Positions 45,414 through 55,904 are shown, counted from the first letter of the stretch. The stretch: 64,000 nt of DNA from Oscillospiraceae bacterium (GCA_017937195.1 JAGBEA010000048.1:16188-80187); one strand, 5' to 3'. Numbers and translations are program-made. Notes: generated from the letters alone by a model not told the origin.

Positions 45414-46397
45414 ATGCGTATCACAAAACCGGTCTGGGACAGCGAGTTTCGCTGCCTTGCCTCCGCCTGCCCCGATACCTGCTGCGCCCTCTGGGAGATC
45501 CCCGTGGACGAGGACAGCGCAGCGCGTCTGCGCGCCATGGACGGCGCACTGGGCGCGCGGCTGCGTGAGGCGCTGGTGCAGGTGGATGGGGAGTGGCAGT
45601 TTGCCCGTAAAGACGGGCGCTGTGTGATGCTCAATGCCGAGAATCTCTGCGATCTCTACGCCCAATGCGGCGAAGGCTCGCTGTGCCGCACCTGCCATCT
45701 CCATCCCCGCTTTGTGGAGCAGTACGGCGGCCGCCGCGAGGTGATGGCGGGTCTGTCCTGCCCCGCGTGGATCGAAAGCTACCTGCGCCGCACCGAGCCG
45801 GTGGCGTTTGTCACCGAGGAGACGGACGAGCCGATCTGCGACTATACCGACATTGATGCCGCCCTCTTTTTCCGGCTTTTGAAGGCGCGGGAAACCGCCA
45901 TCGCCATCGCCCAGACGAGAGCGCTCTCCATCCGCGAAAGGTTGGAGCAGCTGCTGGCACTGGGTGAGGAGCTGGGCGGCGCGGAGGGTGAATGCCGGCA
46001 GCAAAGGGTGCTGCCTACCTATCTTTCCAAGCTGCGCAGCTTGGAGATTTTGATGCCACAGTGGCGAGCGGCGCTGCACCCGTCCACCCCCGTCGGCGCG
46101 GTCTCGCCCCTCTATCTGGAGAAGGTGCTGGTGTACGATCTGTTCCGCTTTTTCCTCAAGGGCGTGTATGACGGGCGGGTGCTGCCGTGGATCAAGCTGA
46201 CGGTGTTCCACGCATTGGTGCTCTGCGCCATCGCCGGCGGTAAAAGCGAGTGTGAGCAGGCGGAACTGATCCGCCTTTACAGCAAGGAGATCGAGCATAA
46301 CGCGGAGAATCTGGCGTCGCTCCACCGCGCGTTTTTGCGCCGCAGCGGGCGGTACAGCGCGGATGGTCTGCGAAAAGCCATAGAGGAGGTGCTGTGA
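45414..46397 (+). CDS. Flagellin lysine-N-methylase (FliB)-family protein
   Basis: F.C.AS.C.DTCC..W.I.VD and C..HPR...SCP Cys pattern. Confidence 0.75.
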   Translation: MRITKPVWDSEFRCLASACPDTCCALWEIPVDEDSAARLRAMDGALGARLREALVQVDGEWQFARKDGRCVMLNAENLCDLYAQCGEGSLCRTCHLHPRFVEQYGGRREVMAGLSCPAWIESYLRRTEPVAFVTEETDEPICDYTDIDAALFFRLLKARETAIAIAQTRALSIRERLEQLLALGEELGGAEGECRQQRVLPTYLSKLRSLEILMPQWRAALHPSTPVGAVSPLYLEKVLVYDLFRFFLKGVYDGRVLPWIKLTVFHALVLCAIAGGKSECEQAELIRLYSKEIEHNAENLASLHRAFLRRSGRYSADGLRKAIEEVL

Positions 46398-47044
46398 TGC
46401 TGTGTGATGTGCTGGAGATTCAAAAAGGCGTGACGGCGGTCATCGGCAGCGGCGGCAAAACCAGCCTCATCTGCCATTTGGCGCAGGAGCTGCAGACGCG
46501 CGGCAGCGTGCTCATCTGTACCACCACCAAGATGTGGCGTCCTGCGGAGGGTGAGTGCTTGTGCCATACAAAAGAGGAAACCATTGCGGCACTGAAAACG
46601 GGTAAAACCGTCTATATCGGCGAAATCAACCAACAAAATAAGCTGATTCCCCCTGCCTTTGACGGCTGGTGGCTTTTGGCGGATTTCGTGCTGGTGGAGG
46701 CAGACGGCGCGGCAGGCTTGCCTTTGAAAGCCCACGCCCCCCACGAGCCGGTGCTGCCGGAAAACTGCGCAAAGGTGATCTGCGTGGTGGGCGCATCCGG
46801 CATCGCTAAGCCCATCGAAGCCGTCGCCCACCGCCCCGACCGCTTCGCCGCGCTCTGCGGAAAAAAAGTGACGGATACGGTGGAAGATCGAGATGTTGCC
46901 ACGGTTTTGTCGGCGGAAAAGTACCACGATTGCGTGTTCATCAACCAAGCGGATATCGTCCCCGCCGACACCCTCGCCGCGCTCATCCCTTGCCCCGTGG
47001 TGACCGGCTCGCTGCGGAGTGCGCGGTGGCAAAAGGTGAAATAA
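46397..47044 (+). CDS. yqeC: Selenium-dependent molybdenum hydroxylase accessory protein
   Basis: GSGGKTS, TTTKM and LVEADGAAGLPLKAHAPHEP motifs. Confidence 0.85.
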   Translation: MLCDVLEIQKGVTAVIGSGGKTSLICHLAQELQTRGSVLICTTTKMWRPAEGECLCHTKEETIAALKTGKTVYIGEINQQNKLIPPAFDGWWLLADFVLVEADGAAGLPLKAHAPHEPVLPENCAKVICVVGASGIAKPIEAVAHRPDRFAALCGKKVTDTVEDRDVATVLSAEKYHDCVFINQADIVPADTLAALIPCPVVTGSLRSARWQKVK

Positions 47045-47046
47045 AA

Positions 47047-48129
47047 GTGAATTGTCAAACTAAGTGCAACACTTAGCAAGCTCAGAAGCCCACAAATCGG
47101 CAGCAGAGCGAAACCCTAATACCTTACGAGGCCTGGCGTTGATCAACGCCAGGTTTCGTTTTAGTGTAGCCGGAGCAACCCGGGAAAGATTTCGACCTTT
47201 TGGGTAGAACTCTCTTAATAACCCGTTACTGTTTTCATTTGTTCCCTTTTGCCATGCGCAGTATGGGTCTGCAAAGTAGACATCACAATTGAGCCGGCGT
47301 TCTATATTTGCCCAGTTGGCAAATTCTGTGCCTCTGTCGCAAGTAATACTTTTCACAAGCTGCGTAGGAAACTGAGACAACAACCTGACAATGCCTTCTT
47401 CAACCGTCGCAGCCTTTTTGTCCGGCAGTTTCAATGCGATGTAGAAACGAGTCTTTCTTGCGGCCAGCGTTACAAAGCAAGCTTTGCTTTTCCCCAAACC
47501 ACTGACCACAGTATCCGCTTCCCAATGACCGGCCTCTTGCCTCTTGTATACCTGCTTATCCCGCTTTCTGATGGATTTCCCTTTGTTATATTTACCGCGA
47601 GTCTCTTTTACGCCGTGGGTCTTTCCTTTACGGCGCAGCACTTTCAAATTACCATGCACTAAATACTTGTCGTAGATCCAACGGTAGATCGTTCGCCAAC
47701 TGGGCAGTTTCAGCTCGCAGGGTGTACAAGCAATTTGCTCTGGAGACCATGTAGCGCGCAGTTTTTCCTCTATATATGCCACTACTTCGGTATTCCAGTA
47801 CATTCCGCGGTGACAGTAGGAGCGGCGCAGAAGGTATTTCTTCTGCGCTGTATGTGGGTAATATGTGGGGATATCGTACATATGCGTACAGTTGCGCCTG
47901 AGTTCTCGTGAGATCGTGCTTGGACTCCGACCCACAAGTCGGGCAATTTCCCGATAACTTAGTCCATCCACATAATATTTCCGTATACAACTGCGCTCTT
48001 CTATGGTAAGATGATGGTAGTTCATACAGATCTCCTTTCCGTAGTTTGGTGTGTGGTAACTTCATTCTACCAGAGATCTGTATGAACTTCTTCTTTTTTC
48101 CAAGTGTTGCACTTGATAGTATAATTCAC
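47047..48129 (-). mobile_element. IS30-family insertion sequence
   Basis: 28-bp imperfect terminal IRs (47047-47074 and 48102-48129, 22/28 identical, core AAGTGCAACACTT) flank a transposase. GC is clearly lower than the host. Confidence 0.92.
47060..48025 (-). CDS. IS30-family transposase
   Basis: HLTIEER HTH, GHWEADTV, SITCDRGTEF, PYCAWQKGTNENSNGLLREF DDE motifs. Confidence 0.95.
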   Translation of the reverse strand: MNYHHLTIEERSCIRKYYVDGLSYREIARLVGRSPSTISRELRRNCTHMYDIPTYYPHTAQKKYLLRRSYCHRGMYWNTEVVAYIEEKLRATWSPEQIACTPCELKLPSWRTIYRWIYDKYLVHGNLKVLRRKGKTHGVKETRGKYNKGKSIRKRDKQVYKRQEAGHWEADTVVSGLGKSKACFVTLAARKTRFYIALKLPDKKAATVEEGIVRLLSQFPTQLVKSITCDRGTEFANWANIERRLNCDVYFADPYCAWQKGTNENSNGLLREFYPKGRNLSRVAPATLKRNLALINARPRKVLGFRSAADLWASELAKCCT

Positions 48130-48140
48130 CAATAAAGCAA

Positions 48141-48170
48141 AAAAAGAAGCACCCTCGGGTGCTTCTTTTT
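48141..48170. terminator. Bidirectional terminator
   Basis: AAAAAGAAGCACC-ctc-GGGTGCTTCTTTTT. Confidence 0.8.
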
Positions 48171-48171
48171 G

Positions 48172-49032
48172 TCACTTTTCCAGCGCCTCGTCCAAGCGGT
48201 CGGCAAGGCGCGCGTAGTCGGCAAGGCTCAGTTTTTCGCCGCGGATGTCGGCACTTAAGCCGCAGTCGGCGATGGCCTGCGCCAGCACATCTTTGGGCAG
48301 CGGATAGCCGCTCTGCAGGGAGTTCACCAGCGTTTTGCGCCGCTGGGCAAAGCCTGCGCGCACTGCGCGCCACAGCGAGGCTTCCGACTTCACCTCCACC
48401 GGCGGCGTCTGCCGCTTGGGGCAGTAGATCACCGCCGAGGTCACCTTGGGCGCCGGCAAAAAGCAGGTGTTGGGCACGGTAAACAGCAGCTGCGGCTCGG
48501 TGTAATACTGCATCAGCAGAGAAAAAGCACCGTAATCCGCCGTGCCGGGCTTGGCACAGATACGCAGCGCCACTTCCTTCTGAATCAGCACGGTGAGGGA
48601 CTCGAACAGCCCGCTCTCCACGCACCGCGTCAGCAGCGGCGTGGTGATGTTGTAGGGAAGATTGGCGCACAAAATGGGACGTAATCCACCAAAATATTCC
48701 GAAACCAACGCATTTAGGTCACATTTCATAATGTCACCGGGCACGAGGGTGAAGTTGTCAAACGCCGCCATAGTTTCCCCCAATACGGGGTACAGCCGCC
48801 GGTCCAGCTCCACCGACACCACCTTACCGGCGCGCCGCGCCAGCTGCTGGGTCAAAGGGCCGATGCCCGGGCCGATCTCCAGTACGCCGGTTGCCTCGTC
48901 CGCGCCGCAGGCCTCTGCAATGCGCAGGGGAACGGAGGCGTCAATGAGGAAATTCTGCCCCAGCGCCTTGGAAAAATGAAAGCCGTGCCGCGAGAGCAGA
49001 GCTTGGATGTGATTGCGGTTGCAAAGATCCAT
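48172..49032 (-). CDS. rsmA: 16S rRNA adenine dimethyltransferase
   Basis: SKALGQNFL, EIGPGIG, ANLPYNITT, F.PAPKVTSA motifs. Confidence 0.96.
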   Translation of the reverse strand: MDLCNRNHIQALLSRHGFHFSKALGQNFLIDASVPLRIAEACGADEATGVLEIGPGIGPLTQQLARRAGKVVSVELDRRLYPVLGETMAAFDNFTLVPGDIMKCDLNALVSEYFGGLRPILCANLPYNITTPLLTRCVESGLFESLTVLIQKEVALRICAKPGTADYGAFSLLMQYYTEPQLLFTVPNTCFLPAPKVTSAVIYCPKRQTPPVEVKSEASLWRAVRAGFAQRRKTLVNSLQSGYPLPKDVLAQAIADCGLSADIRGEKLSLADYARLADRLDEALEK

Positions 49033-49130
49033 ACCGGACCTCCTTACAGTTTTTTACCAGTATACCACGCCGGATTTCGTTCGTAAAGGGAGAAAAAAGA
49101 CAGTCCTGCGTTGGCAGAACTGTCTTTCGT

Positions 49131-50027
49131 TTATCCCATCAGCGCGGTTACCGCGTCAAATGCCCCTTTATCCATCTGCACGCACACATCGCGGAAGCGG
49201 TCAGGCTGCACATAGCCGCCGTCTAGCAGCCGCAGATGCACCTTTACGCCGTCGGGCTTGGTGAAATAGAGGTGATGCGACTCCAGCGAGTCGTAAACAT
49301 TGCTTGCCCCCTCGGGCAGAATGTCCTGCGTGCGGACGAAGGTACCCTCATTCAGCGCGGCAAGGAAGGCGTCCAATACGTCGCGGTGTTCGGTCAGGTC
49401 GGTAAAATTGCCGGTGCTATAGAACCAATCGTAGCGGCTCATTCCCGTGACGGAGGCATAGCTGCCGCTCAGGCGGAAGCCCTCGTCAAACAGCTCCGCC
49501 CCCTTATGCACCGTGATGCCGCGGTTGTTGATGTAGAGCATTACTTCGCCGTCCGACAAGTCCTTGCACAGCAGAAAACCGGGATCGTACCCCTCCACGG
49601 CGTAGAAATCGCCGCCGATGCTGCCGGACAGCTCCGCATAGTCGGTGGGGGATGACCACTCGTCGATACTGCCGTTGACAGTACCCAGCTTTTCCCCGCG
49701 CAGGGCGATAGGCGCTGCGTCGTAGGACTCATAAAACCGCCCCTCATAGATGAAAAAGGCGACCATACAAGCTTCGTTGATGGGACTGCCGATGTCCTTA
49801 TCCACCAGCGGGATGGTGACAGTCAGCTCACCGGAGATGGGCGGCTGTGGTGCGATGCCACTGGGATCGCCTGCGCGCAGCGCAAAAGCGCACAGCAGAA
49901 CAAGACACACGCAGGCGGCGGCTGCAAGGATGGGCAGCGCAGGACTGCGGCGCTTGGGCTGTGCTGCCTCCAGCACAAACTCGTCGGAAATATCGCTTAA
50001 AGCGAGGGAAATTGCGCTTTTTTTCAT
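49131..50027 (-). CDS. Putative anti-sigma factor/membrane-anchored protein
   Basis: ALSDISDEFVLEA start plus a single TM segment (AAAACVCLVL). Overlaps the ECF sigma gene. Confidence 0.6.
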   Translation of the reverse strand: MKKSAISLALSDISDEFVLEAAQPKRRSPALPILAAAACVCLVLLCAFALRAGDPSGIAPQPPISGELTVTIPLVDKDIGSPINEACMVAFFIYEGRFYESYDAAPIALRGEKLGTVNGSIDEWSSPTDYAELSGSIGGDFYAVEGYDPGFLLCKDLSDGEVMLYINNRGITVHKGAELFDEGFRLSGSYASVTGMSRYDWFYSTGNFTDLTEHRDVLDAFLAALNEGTFVRTQDILPEGASNVYDSLESHHLYFTKPDGVKVHLRLLDGGYVQPDRFRDVCVQMDKGAFDAVTALMG

Positions 50028-50578
50028 AGAATGAACCCCTCTTTCTGCGCAAAGCGCGTCAGTTTTTCGCGGATGCGGGAAAGACGGACGGTGACGCTGT
50101 GGGGGGACATCTGCACTTGCGCGGCGATGTCCTTGACGGCGTCGCCATACCAGTAGCGGCGGACAAAAAGCACGCGGTCGGTGCGGCGCAGCGTGCGCAA
50201 AAAGCGATCCAGCAGCGCGGTCAGCTCACCCACCGCCCACTCGTCCTCGGCGCGGCTGCCGCCGCAAAGGGCGAAGTCCAGCTCGTCCAAAGCCTCCTCG
50301 TAGCCGCTGCGCTTCTGCGCTGCGTTGGCCTCCAAGCGGGAAACGGCGCGGTTGCGGACGATGCGGCACACATAGGATGAGAGCACCTGCGGACGCTGGG
50401 GCGGAATGGTGTTCCACACGCCCAAGTAGGCGTCGTTGACGCACTCCTCCGCGTCCCGCCCGTCGCCCACGATGTTCTGGGCGATGCGGCGGCACAGCCT
50501 GCCGTATTTTTTGTCCAGCGCCTCGATGGCCTGCTCCGAGCGCTCAAAGAGCAGGTCGATGATCCGCGTGTCCTCCAT
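50024..50578 (-). CDS. ECF-type RNA polymerase sigma factor
   Basis: DAEECVNDAYL..W..IPP region 2 and R.LFVRRYWYG...SV.VRLSRIR region 4. Confidence 0.9.
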   Translation of the reverse strand: MEDTRIIDLLFERSEQAIEALDKKYGRLCRRIAQNIVGDGRDAEECVNDAYLGVWNTIPPQRPQVLSSYVCRIVRNRAVSRLEANAAQKRSGYEEALDELDFALCGGSRAEDEWAVGELTALLDRFLRTLRRTDRVLFVRRYWYGDAVKDIAAQVQMSPHSVTVRLSRIREKLTRFAQKEGFIL

Positions 50579-50639
50579 AAAAGCCACCACCTTTCCGTCT
50601 TACTTTCTTACTCCGGAAAAAGAGGGGGATGTCACAAAT

Positions 50640-51212
50640 TTATTTGCCCCAAAATGAGGGCGGCGGTGTTGCGCCCTCCGGCAGCGGCACCACCACATCG
50701 GTGCGCTCGGCGCCGTAGAGTGCGCGGTGGAAAGCCATAACCTCCTCCACCGCCAGCTGCGGCGCGTAGGTCAGCGCCTGCCACGCCATACCGCAGGTGG
50801 CCATGGGGTAGGCGGCGGTGAAGCCGTTGCGCCCATAGAATGCGATGCGGCGCAGGCGGATGGCGTTGGCGTCCTCCGAGTCACCCAACACCGGCAGCTC
50901 CGATTCGGTCACCAACGGTCGCCCTTGCTGCTGCAGGCGGCGCAGGATATCACCGCCCAAGCCTGCGTTGCGCCGCGCGGCGGTGACCCCCAAGTAGTCC
51001 AGCAGTACCAGCGGTATCTGCGGCGCTTTCCATAGGCAGGCATAACCCAGCAGCGCGCTGCTCTCAAAAAGACCCCACACCTCATAGCGTTCCTCCGCTA
51101 TGAGGGCAAAAATCTTCTCCAATGGCTTGCGCTCCTGCGCGATAAAGGTGCGGGTCAATTCGTTATCATACCACGCGGTGATCTCCTCGCGTGTCATCTC
51201 GCGGAATGTCAT
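50640..51212 (-). CDS. GNAT-family acetyltransferase
   Basis: LDYLGV...RRNAGLG and RRIAFY.RNGF motifs. Confidence 0.8.
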   Translation of the reverse strand: MTFREMTREEITAWYDNELTRTFIAQERKPLEKIFALIAEERYEVWGLFESSALLGYACLWKAPQIPLVLLDYLGVTAARRNAGLGGDILRRLQQQGRPLVTESELPVLGDSEDANAIRLRRIAFYGRNGFTAAYPMATCGMAWQALTYAPQLAVEEVMAFHRALYGAERTDVVVPLPEGATPPPSFWGK

Positions 51213-52099
51213 AGCGTTTCCTCCAGTAAGCACAGCATATCCTGCGGCAGCGGTGCGGTGACGGTCACCGCCTCGCCCGTCAAAGGATGGGTGAAGCGCA
51301 GAATGTGGGAGTGCAGCGCAGGCCGCGCGATCAACTCACGATCCTCCGTGCCGTACAGCCAATCGCCGGTGAGGGGGCAGCCGATGGCCGCCATATGCAC
51401 CCGCAGCTGATGAGTGCGCCCCGTGTGGGGCAGCAATCGCAGCAGCGCGCGCTCACCGCAGAGCTGCAGCACTTCGTATTCGGTTTGGGCAGGTTGTCCG
51501 CTGGGGTCAATACACCGCCGCAGCAGAGAATCGGTGTCCCGCCCGATAGGCAGCGTGATGCTGCCGGCGGCGGGGGAGGGGATGCCATCGCATACGGCGC
51601 GGTACTCGCGCTGCAGCGCTGCTGTATGCAGCAGATCCATACACCGCGCGTGCATATAGCCGTTTTTGGCGATCAGCATCACGCCGGTGGTGCCGCGGTC
51701 AAGGCGGTTGACGGCGTGGAACGCGGAAGACCCCAGATAGTGCGCCACCGCGCCTGCCACCGTCACCGACTCCTCCGTCAGTGCGGCGGGATGCACGGCG
51801 ATACCGGCGCTCTTGTCGATGGCTAAAAGATGCTCGTCCTCCCACAAAACGGAGAGCGGAGCGTCCACGGGCAGAATCGCATCGGCGCTGCCCGCCTCAT
51901 CGGACACATCCACGCGCAGCAAATCGCCGCAGCGCACCCTCTGCGCCACGGTTACCGGCGCATCATTCAGCAAAATCGCGCCCTCGCGGCGGCGCAGCTG
52001 TTTGCGCAGCGTGGTGGAGATATGGAATCGCGCGGTGAGAATATCCCGCACGGTGCAGCCGTCCTCGGTCTGCGTGATGGTATGGGTCAAAACAGACAT
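51209..52099 (-). CDS. RluA-family RNA pseudouridine synthase
   Basis: HAVNRLDRGTTG and TGRTHQLRVH motifs. Confidence 0.93.
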   Translation of the reverse strand: MSVLTHTITQTEDGCTVRDILTARFHISTTLRKQLRRREGAILLNDAPVTVAQRVRCGDLLRVDVSDEAGSADAILPVDAPLSVLWEDEHLLAIDKSAGIAVHPAALTEESVTVAGAVAHYLGSSAFHAVNRLDRGTTGVMLIAKNGYMHARCMDLLHTAALQREYRAVCDGIPSPAAGSITLPIGRDTDSLLRRCIDPSGQPAQTEYEVLQLCGERALLRLLPHTGRTHQLRVHMAAIGCPLTGDWLYGTEDRELIARPALHSHILRFTHPLTGEAVTVTAPLPQDMLCLLEETL

Positions 52100-52190
52100 A
52101 CGCCGCCTCCTTTCGTAAAAAATATTGTAGCATAAGCGGCGCGGATATGGTACACTGAATTTACAAGAAAACGGCAAAGGAGCGATCTTT

Positions 52191-53294
52191 ATGGCATCGA
52201 AAGTATACTTTGGCGACCTGCGTGCCGACTTCCACGAGAATCTGCAGCAGAAGCTGACACGGCTGATGAAAACCGCCGGTATGGGCGAGATCGATTTTGA
52301 CAAAAAGTTCGTGGCCATCAAAATGCATTTTGGTGAGCCGGGCAATCTGGCGTTTCTGCGCCCCAACTGGGCGAAGGCGGTGGCGGACTTCGTGAAGGAG
52401 CGGGGCGGCAAGCCTTTCCTGACCGACTGCAACACGCTGTATGTAGGCGGCCGCAAAAACGGTCTTGACCATCTGGATGCGGCGGCGCTCAACGGCTTTT
52501 CCCCGCTGTCCACCGGCTGCCACGTGGTGATCGCCGACGGCATCAAGGGCTCGGACGAGGCCTATGTGCCGGTGGTGGGCGGCGAATATGTGAAGGAAGC
52601 CAAGATCGGCCGCGCCATTATGGATGCCGATGTGTTCATCTCCCTCAGCCACTTCAAGGGACACGAGCAGGCGGGCTTCGGCGGCGCGCTGAAGAATATC
52701 GGTATGGGCTGCGGCAGCCGCGCCGGTAAGATGGAGCAGCACAACGCCGGCAAGCCGGAGGTGCGGGTGAAGAAGTGCGTAGGCTGCGGTATGTGCACCA
52801 AGATCTGCGCCCACGATGCCATCTCCATCACCGACAAGAAGGCGTTCATCGACCACAATAAGTGCGTGGGCTGCGGCCGCTGCATTGCCATCTGCCTGCA
52901 GGATGCCATCGTCAACAACAGCGACGAGAGCAGCGTGGTGCTCAACCGCAAGATCGCCGAGTATACCAAGGCGGTGGTGGACGGCAGACCCTGCTTCCAT
53001 ATCTCGCTGGTCATTGATGTGTCCCCCAACTGTGACTGTCACAGCGAGAATGACGCCGCCATCGTGCCCAATGTGGGCATGTTCGCCTCTTTCGACCCCG
53101 TGGCGCTGGATATGGCCTGCGCCGACGCGGTCAATGCCCAGCCCATCATCCACGGCACCGCCGCCGACAGCGGTGACCATCACGACCACGATCATTTCCA
53201 CCGTATGCACCCCGAGACCGACTGGATGAGCTGCCTTGAGCACGCCGAAAAGCTGGGGATCGGTACAAGAGCATACGAACTCATCAAGATTTGA
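52191..53294 (+). CDS. DUF362 domain protein with 2x[4Fe-4S] ferredoxin insert
   Basis: VAIKMHFGE, SHFKGH..AGFGGALKN, two CxxCxxCxxxC motifs. Confidence 0.88.
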   Translation: MASKVYFGDLRADFHENLQQKLTRLMKTAGMGEIDFDKKFVAIKMHFGEPGNLAFLRPNWAKAVADFVKERGGKPFLTDCNTLYVGGRKNGLDHLDAAALNGFSPLSTGCHVVIADGIKGSDEAYVPVVGGEYVKEAKIGRAIMDADVFISLSHFKGHEQAGFGGALKNIGMGCGSRAGKMEQHNAGKPEVRVKKCVGCGMCTKICAHDAISITDKKAFIDHNKCVGCGRCIAICLQDAIVNNSDESSVVLNRKIAEYTKAVVDGRPCFHISLVIDVSPNCDCHSENDAAIVPNVGMFASFDPVALDMACADAVNAQPIIHGTAADSGDHHDHDHFHRMHPETDWMSCLEHAEKLGIGTRAYELIKI

Positions 53295-53308
53295 CGGAGG
53301 GGCTAACG

Positions 53309-54244
53309 ATGAAGGAGATCCGCAACATTTCCGTTGCCGGTGCCGGTACGATGGGCTATTCGCTGGCGCAGGCCTTTGCCAAGTTTGGTTATCCGGTCAA
53401 GCTGTACGATCTGTTTCCCGCCGCACTGGAGAAGGCGAAAAAGCTGATCGCCATCAACCAGAGCGCCGAGGTGGAAGCCGGTGAGCTGACGGCGGAGGAG
53501 TCCGCCGCGCTGCAGCAGCGCATCGTGTTCACCGACAAATTGGAGGATCTGGCGGACACCGATTTTCTGGTGGAGGCGATTCTCGAAAAGCTGGAGATCA
53601 AGCACGATTTCTATGGGAAACTGTGCAAAATCGTGGCAGATGATGCCATTTTGTGCAGTAATACCTCCGGTTTGAGCATCACCAAAATCGCAGAAGCCGT
53701 GACCAATCCGGAGCGCTTTGCCGGTATGCACTGGATGAATCCGCCCCATATCATCCCCCTCATCGAGATCATCTGCGGCGAAAAGACGGCAGAGGAAACG
53801 GCGGAGCAGGTGCGGCAAATCGCGCTGAAGCTGAAGAAAAAGCCGGTGGTCATCAAGGACGCCCCCAGCTTTGTGCTCAACCGCCTGCAGCAGGCGATTT
53901 TGCGCGAGAGCCTGCATATCGTCCGCGAGGGCATCGCATCCCCCGAGGCCATCGACGATGTGATGAAGTACGCGCTGGGCTTCCGCTACGCCTGCTTCGG
54001 CCCGTTTGAGACCTGCGATCTGGGCGGTCTGGATATCCACTATAACATCTCCAAGTACACTTGGCCCGATCTGTGCGACGATAAAGAGCCCTTCGGCCTG
54101 CTGCAGCAGTGCATCGATGAAGGCCGCCTTGGCGTGAAAAACGGCGCAGGCTTCTATGATTACTCCGACGGCAAGGATGAGGAAGTCATCAAGCGCCGCG
54201 ACGATATCTTCCTGAAGCTCGCCAAATGTCTGTTTGAGGAATAA
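53309..54244 (+). CDS. 3-hydroxyacyl-CoA dehydrogenase family protein
   Basis: GAGTMG, SNTSG, HWMNPP and F..NRLQ motifs. Confidence 0.9.
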   Translation: MKEIRNISVAGAGTMGYSLAQAFAKFGYPVKLYDLFPAALEKAKKLIAINQSAEVEAGELTAEESAALQQRIVFTDKLEDLADTDFLVEAILEKLEIKHDFYGKLCKIVADDAILCSNTSGLSITKIAEAVTNPERFAGMHWMNPPHIIPLIEIICGEKTAEETAEQVRQIALKLKKKPVVIKDAPSFVLNRLQQAILRESLHIVREGIASPEAIDDVMKYALGFRYACFGPFETCDLGGLDIHYNISKYTWPDLCDDKEPFGLLQQCIDEGRLGVKNGAGFYDYSDGKDEEVIKRRDDIFLKLAKCLFEE

Positions 54245-54256
54245 AAGGAACGACTT

Positions 54257-55012
54257 ATGGATATTACCCAAACTTTTTATGACAGCATGGCATCGCAATA
54301 CGACAAGCTGTTTGAAGATTGGCAGACCACCACGCAGCAGCAGGCGGATATTTTGGAGCAGATTTTTTGGGAAAGCGGCTTTGACCGCTCCGCTAAAATC
54401 CTCGATTGTGCCTGCGGCATCGGAACGCAGTCCATTGGGCTTGCCGCCCTTGGCTACGATGTCACGGCTTCGGACATCAGCGAAGGAGAGCTTGCCGAGG
54501 CGCAGTGCCGCGCCGCCGACAACGGTGTCACGATCCGGTTTGAACGCGCTGACTTCACCGCCTTGGAGCGGACCTTTCAGGAGCGGTTTGACATCGTGAT
54601 CTGTATGGATAACGCCCTGCCCCACATGCTCTCCCACAGCGCGCTGGAAGCGGCAATCAAGAGTATCACAAACCAAATTGCCCCCGGCGGCATCTTTGTT
54701 GCCAGTATCCGGGATTATGATACGCTGCTTGCAGAGAAGCCGCCCTATTCGCCGCCCTATATCCACAAGACGGATCGTGGACAGCGTGTATCATTCCAGA
54801 CGTGGGACTGGGAGGGCGAGCACTATAAGCTCAAGCAGTACATCATCGACGATGCAGAAACGCTGCAGGTTAGCAAATTCGATTGCGAGTATCGGGCAAC
54901 CCGCCGCGCGGAGCTGACGGAGCTGCTGCAATCGTGTGGCTGCCGCGCAGAGTGGAAGTTTCCGGCGGAAACGGGATTCTACCAGCCCATCGTGGTGGCA
55001 AAAAAGCAATAA
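54257..55012 (+). CDS. Class I SAM-dependent methyltransferase
   Basis: ILDCACGIG motif I, ICMDNALPH. Confidence 0.88.
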   Translation: MDITQTFYDSMASQYDKLFEDWQTTTQQQADILEQIFWESGFDRSAKILDCACGIGTQSIGLAALGYDVTASDISEGELAEAQCRAADNGVTIRFERADFTALERTFQERFDIVICMDNALPHMLSHSALEAAIKSITNQIAPGGIFVASIRDYDTLLAEKPPYSPPYIHKTDRGQRVSFQTWDWEGEHYKLKQYIIDDAETLQVSKFDCEYRATRRAELTELLQSCGCRAEWKFPAETGFYQPIVVAKKQ

Positions 55013-55065
55013 CGCAGTTGATAAAAGGAAAAGGAAGCCCGAGAGGGCTTCCTTTTCGTTTATTG

Positions 55066-55287
55066 CTATTTTTTCATCTTGCGGGGTGCAAAGATCGCCA
55101 GCATCAGTTGCCCGATGTTGATCAGCAGAACGCCGAAGAAAACGGCTGCCGCCAGAGAAAAGACTTGAAGAAGGACTGGGGATGTGATAAACGGGGCGTT
55201 TGCAAGATAGCCAAATACACCCCACAGAAACAGCGACAGCAGCAAGTAACGCAGATATTTTACCCATACGGGCGGGGATTCTTTCAT
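55066..55287 (-). CDS. Small two-TM membrane protein
   Basis: 73 aa hydrophobic ORF after GAGG. Followed by a bidirectional terminator at about 55030-55057. Confidence 0.6.
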   Translation of the reverse strand: MKESPPVWVKYLRYLLLSLFLWGVFGYLANAPFITSPVLLQVFSLAAAVFFGVLLINIGQLMLAIFAPRKMKK

Positions 55288-55315
55288 AGCGGATCACCTC
55301 ATCAATACGTTTGGC

Positions 55316-55843
55316 TCAATGCGTTGGTTTCGTCTCCTGATAGAACATATTCCAGTCCACCTGATAGGCGCGCAGCGTCTTTTCATCGAAGCACACCATC
55401 CGCACCTGCAGATCGGGATGCTCATAGAGGAAATCCATAATGGCCTTCAGCGCGATATGCGCCGCCTGCGGCAGGGGATAGCCGTATATACCGGTGGAGA
55501 TGGAGGGGAAGTCGATGGATTTGCACCCGTGCTGCACCGCCAGCTCCAGGCAGGAGCGATAGCACGAGCGCAGCAGCGCCGCCTCGCCCGCATCACCGCC
55601 GCGCCAGATAGGACCGGGGGTGTGGATCACATAGCGGCAGGGCAGATCGTAGGCATCCGTGATCTTCGCCTGCCCCGTTTCGCAGCCGCCCAGCGTGCGG
55701 CACTCTGCCAGCAGCTTGGGACCTGCGGCGCGGTGGATCGCCCCATCCACACCGCTGCCGCCCAAGAGGGAGCATTTGGCGGCGTTGACGATGGCGTCCA
55801 CACGGGACTGGGTGATGTCACCCAAAATGATGGATAACGGCAT
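55316..55843 (-). CDS. Macro domain protein (O-acetyl-ADP-ribose deacetylase-like)
   Basis: [22 protein letters not shown] and [12 protein letters not shown] motifs. Confidence 0.92.
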   Translation of the reverse strand: MPLSIILGDITQSRVDAIVNAAKCSLLGGSGVDGAIHRAAGPKLLAECRTLGGCETGQAKITDAYDLPCRYVIHTPGPIWRGGDAGEAALLRSCYRSCLELAVQHGCKSIDFPSISTGIYGYPLPQAAHIALKAIMDFLYEHPDLQVRMVCFDEKTLRAYQVDWNMFYQETKPTH

Positions 55844-55904
55844 AATGTAACCTCGTTTCGATGGAAAAATATCCCCCGCAAAACGGGGGATATTTTTGAT
55901 AAGC

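Noticed and set aside
47040-48135. Target-site duplication of the IS30 element
   Set aside because: Flanks (AATAAAA left, CAATAAAG right) give no exact 2-3 bp duplication at the inferred IR ends.
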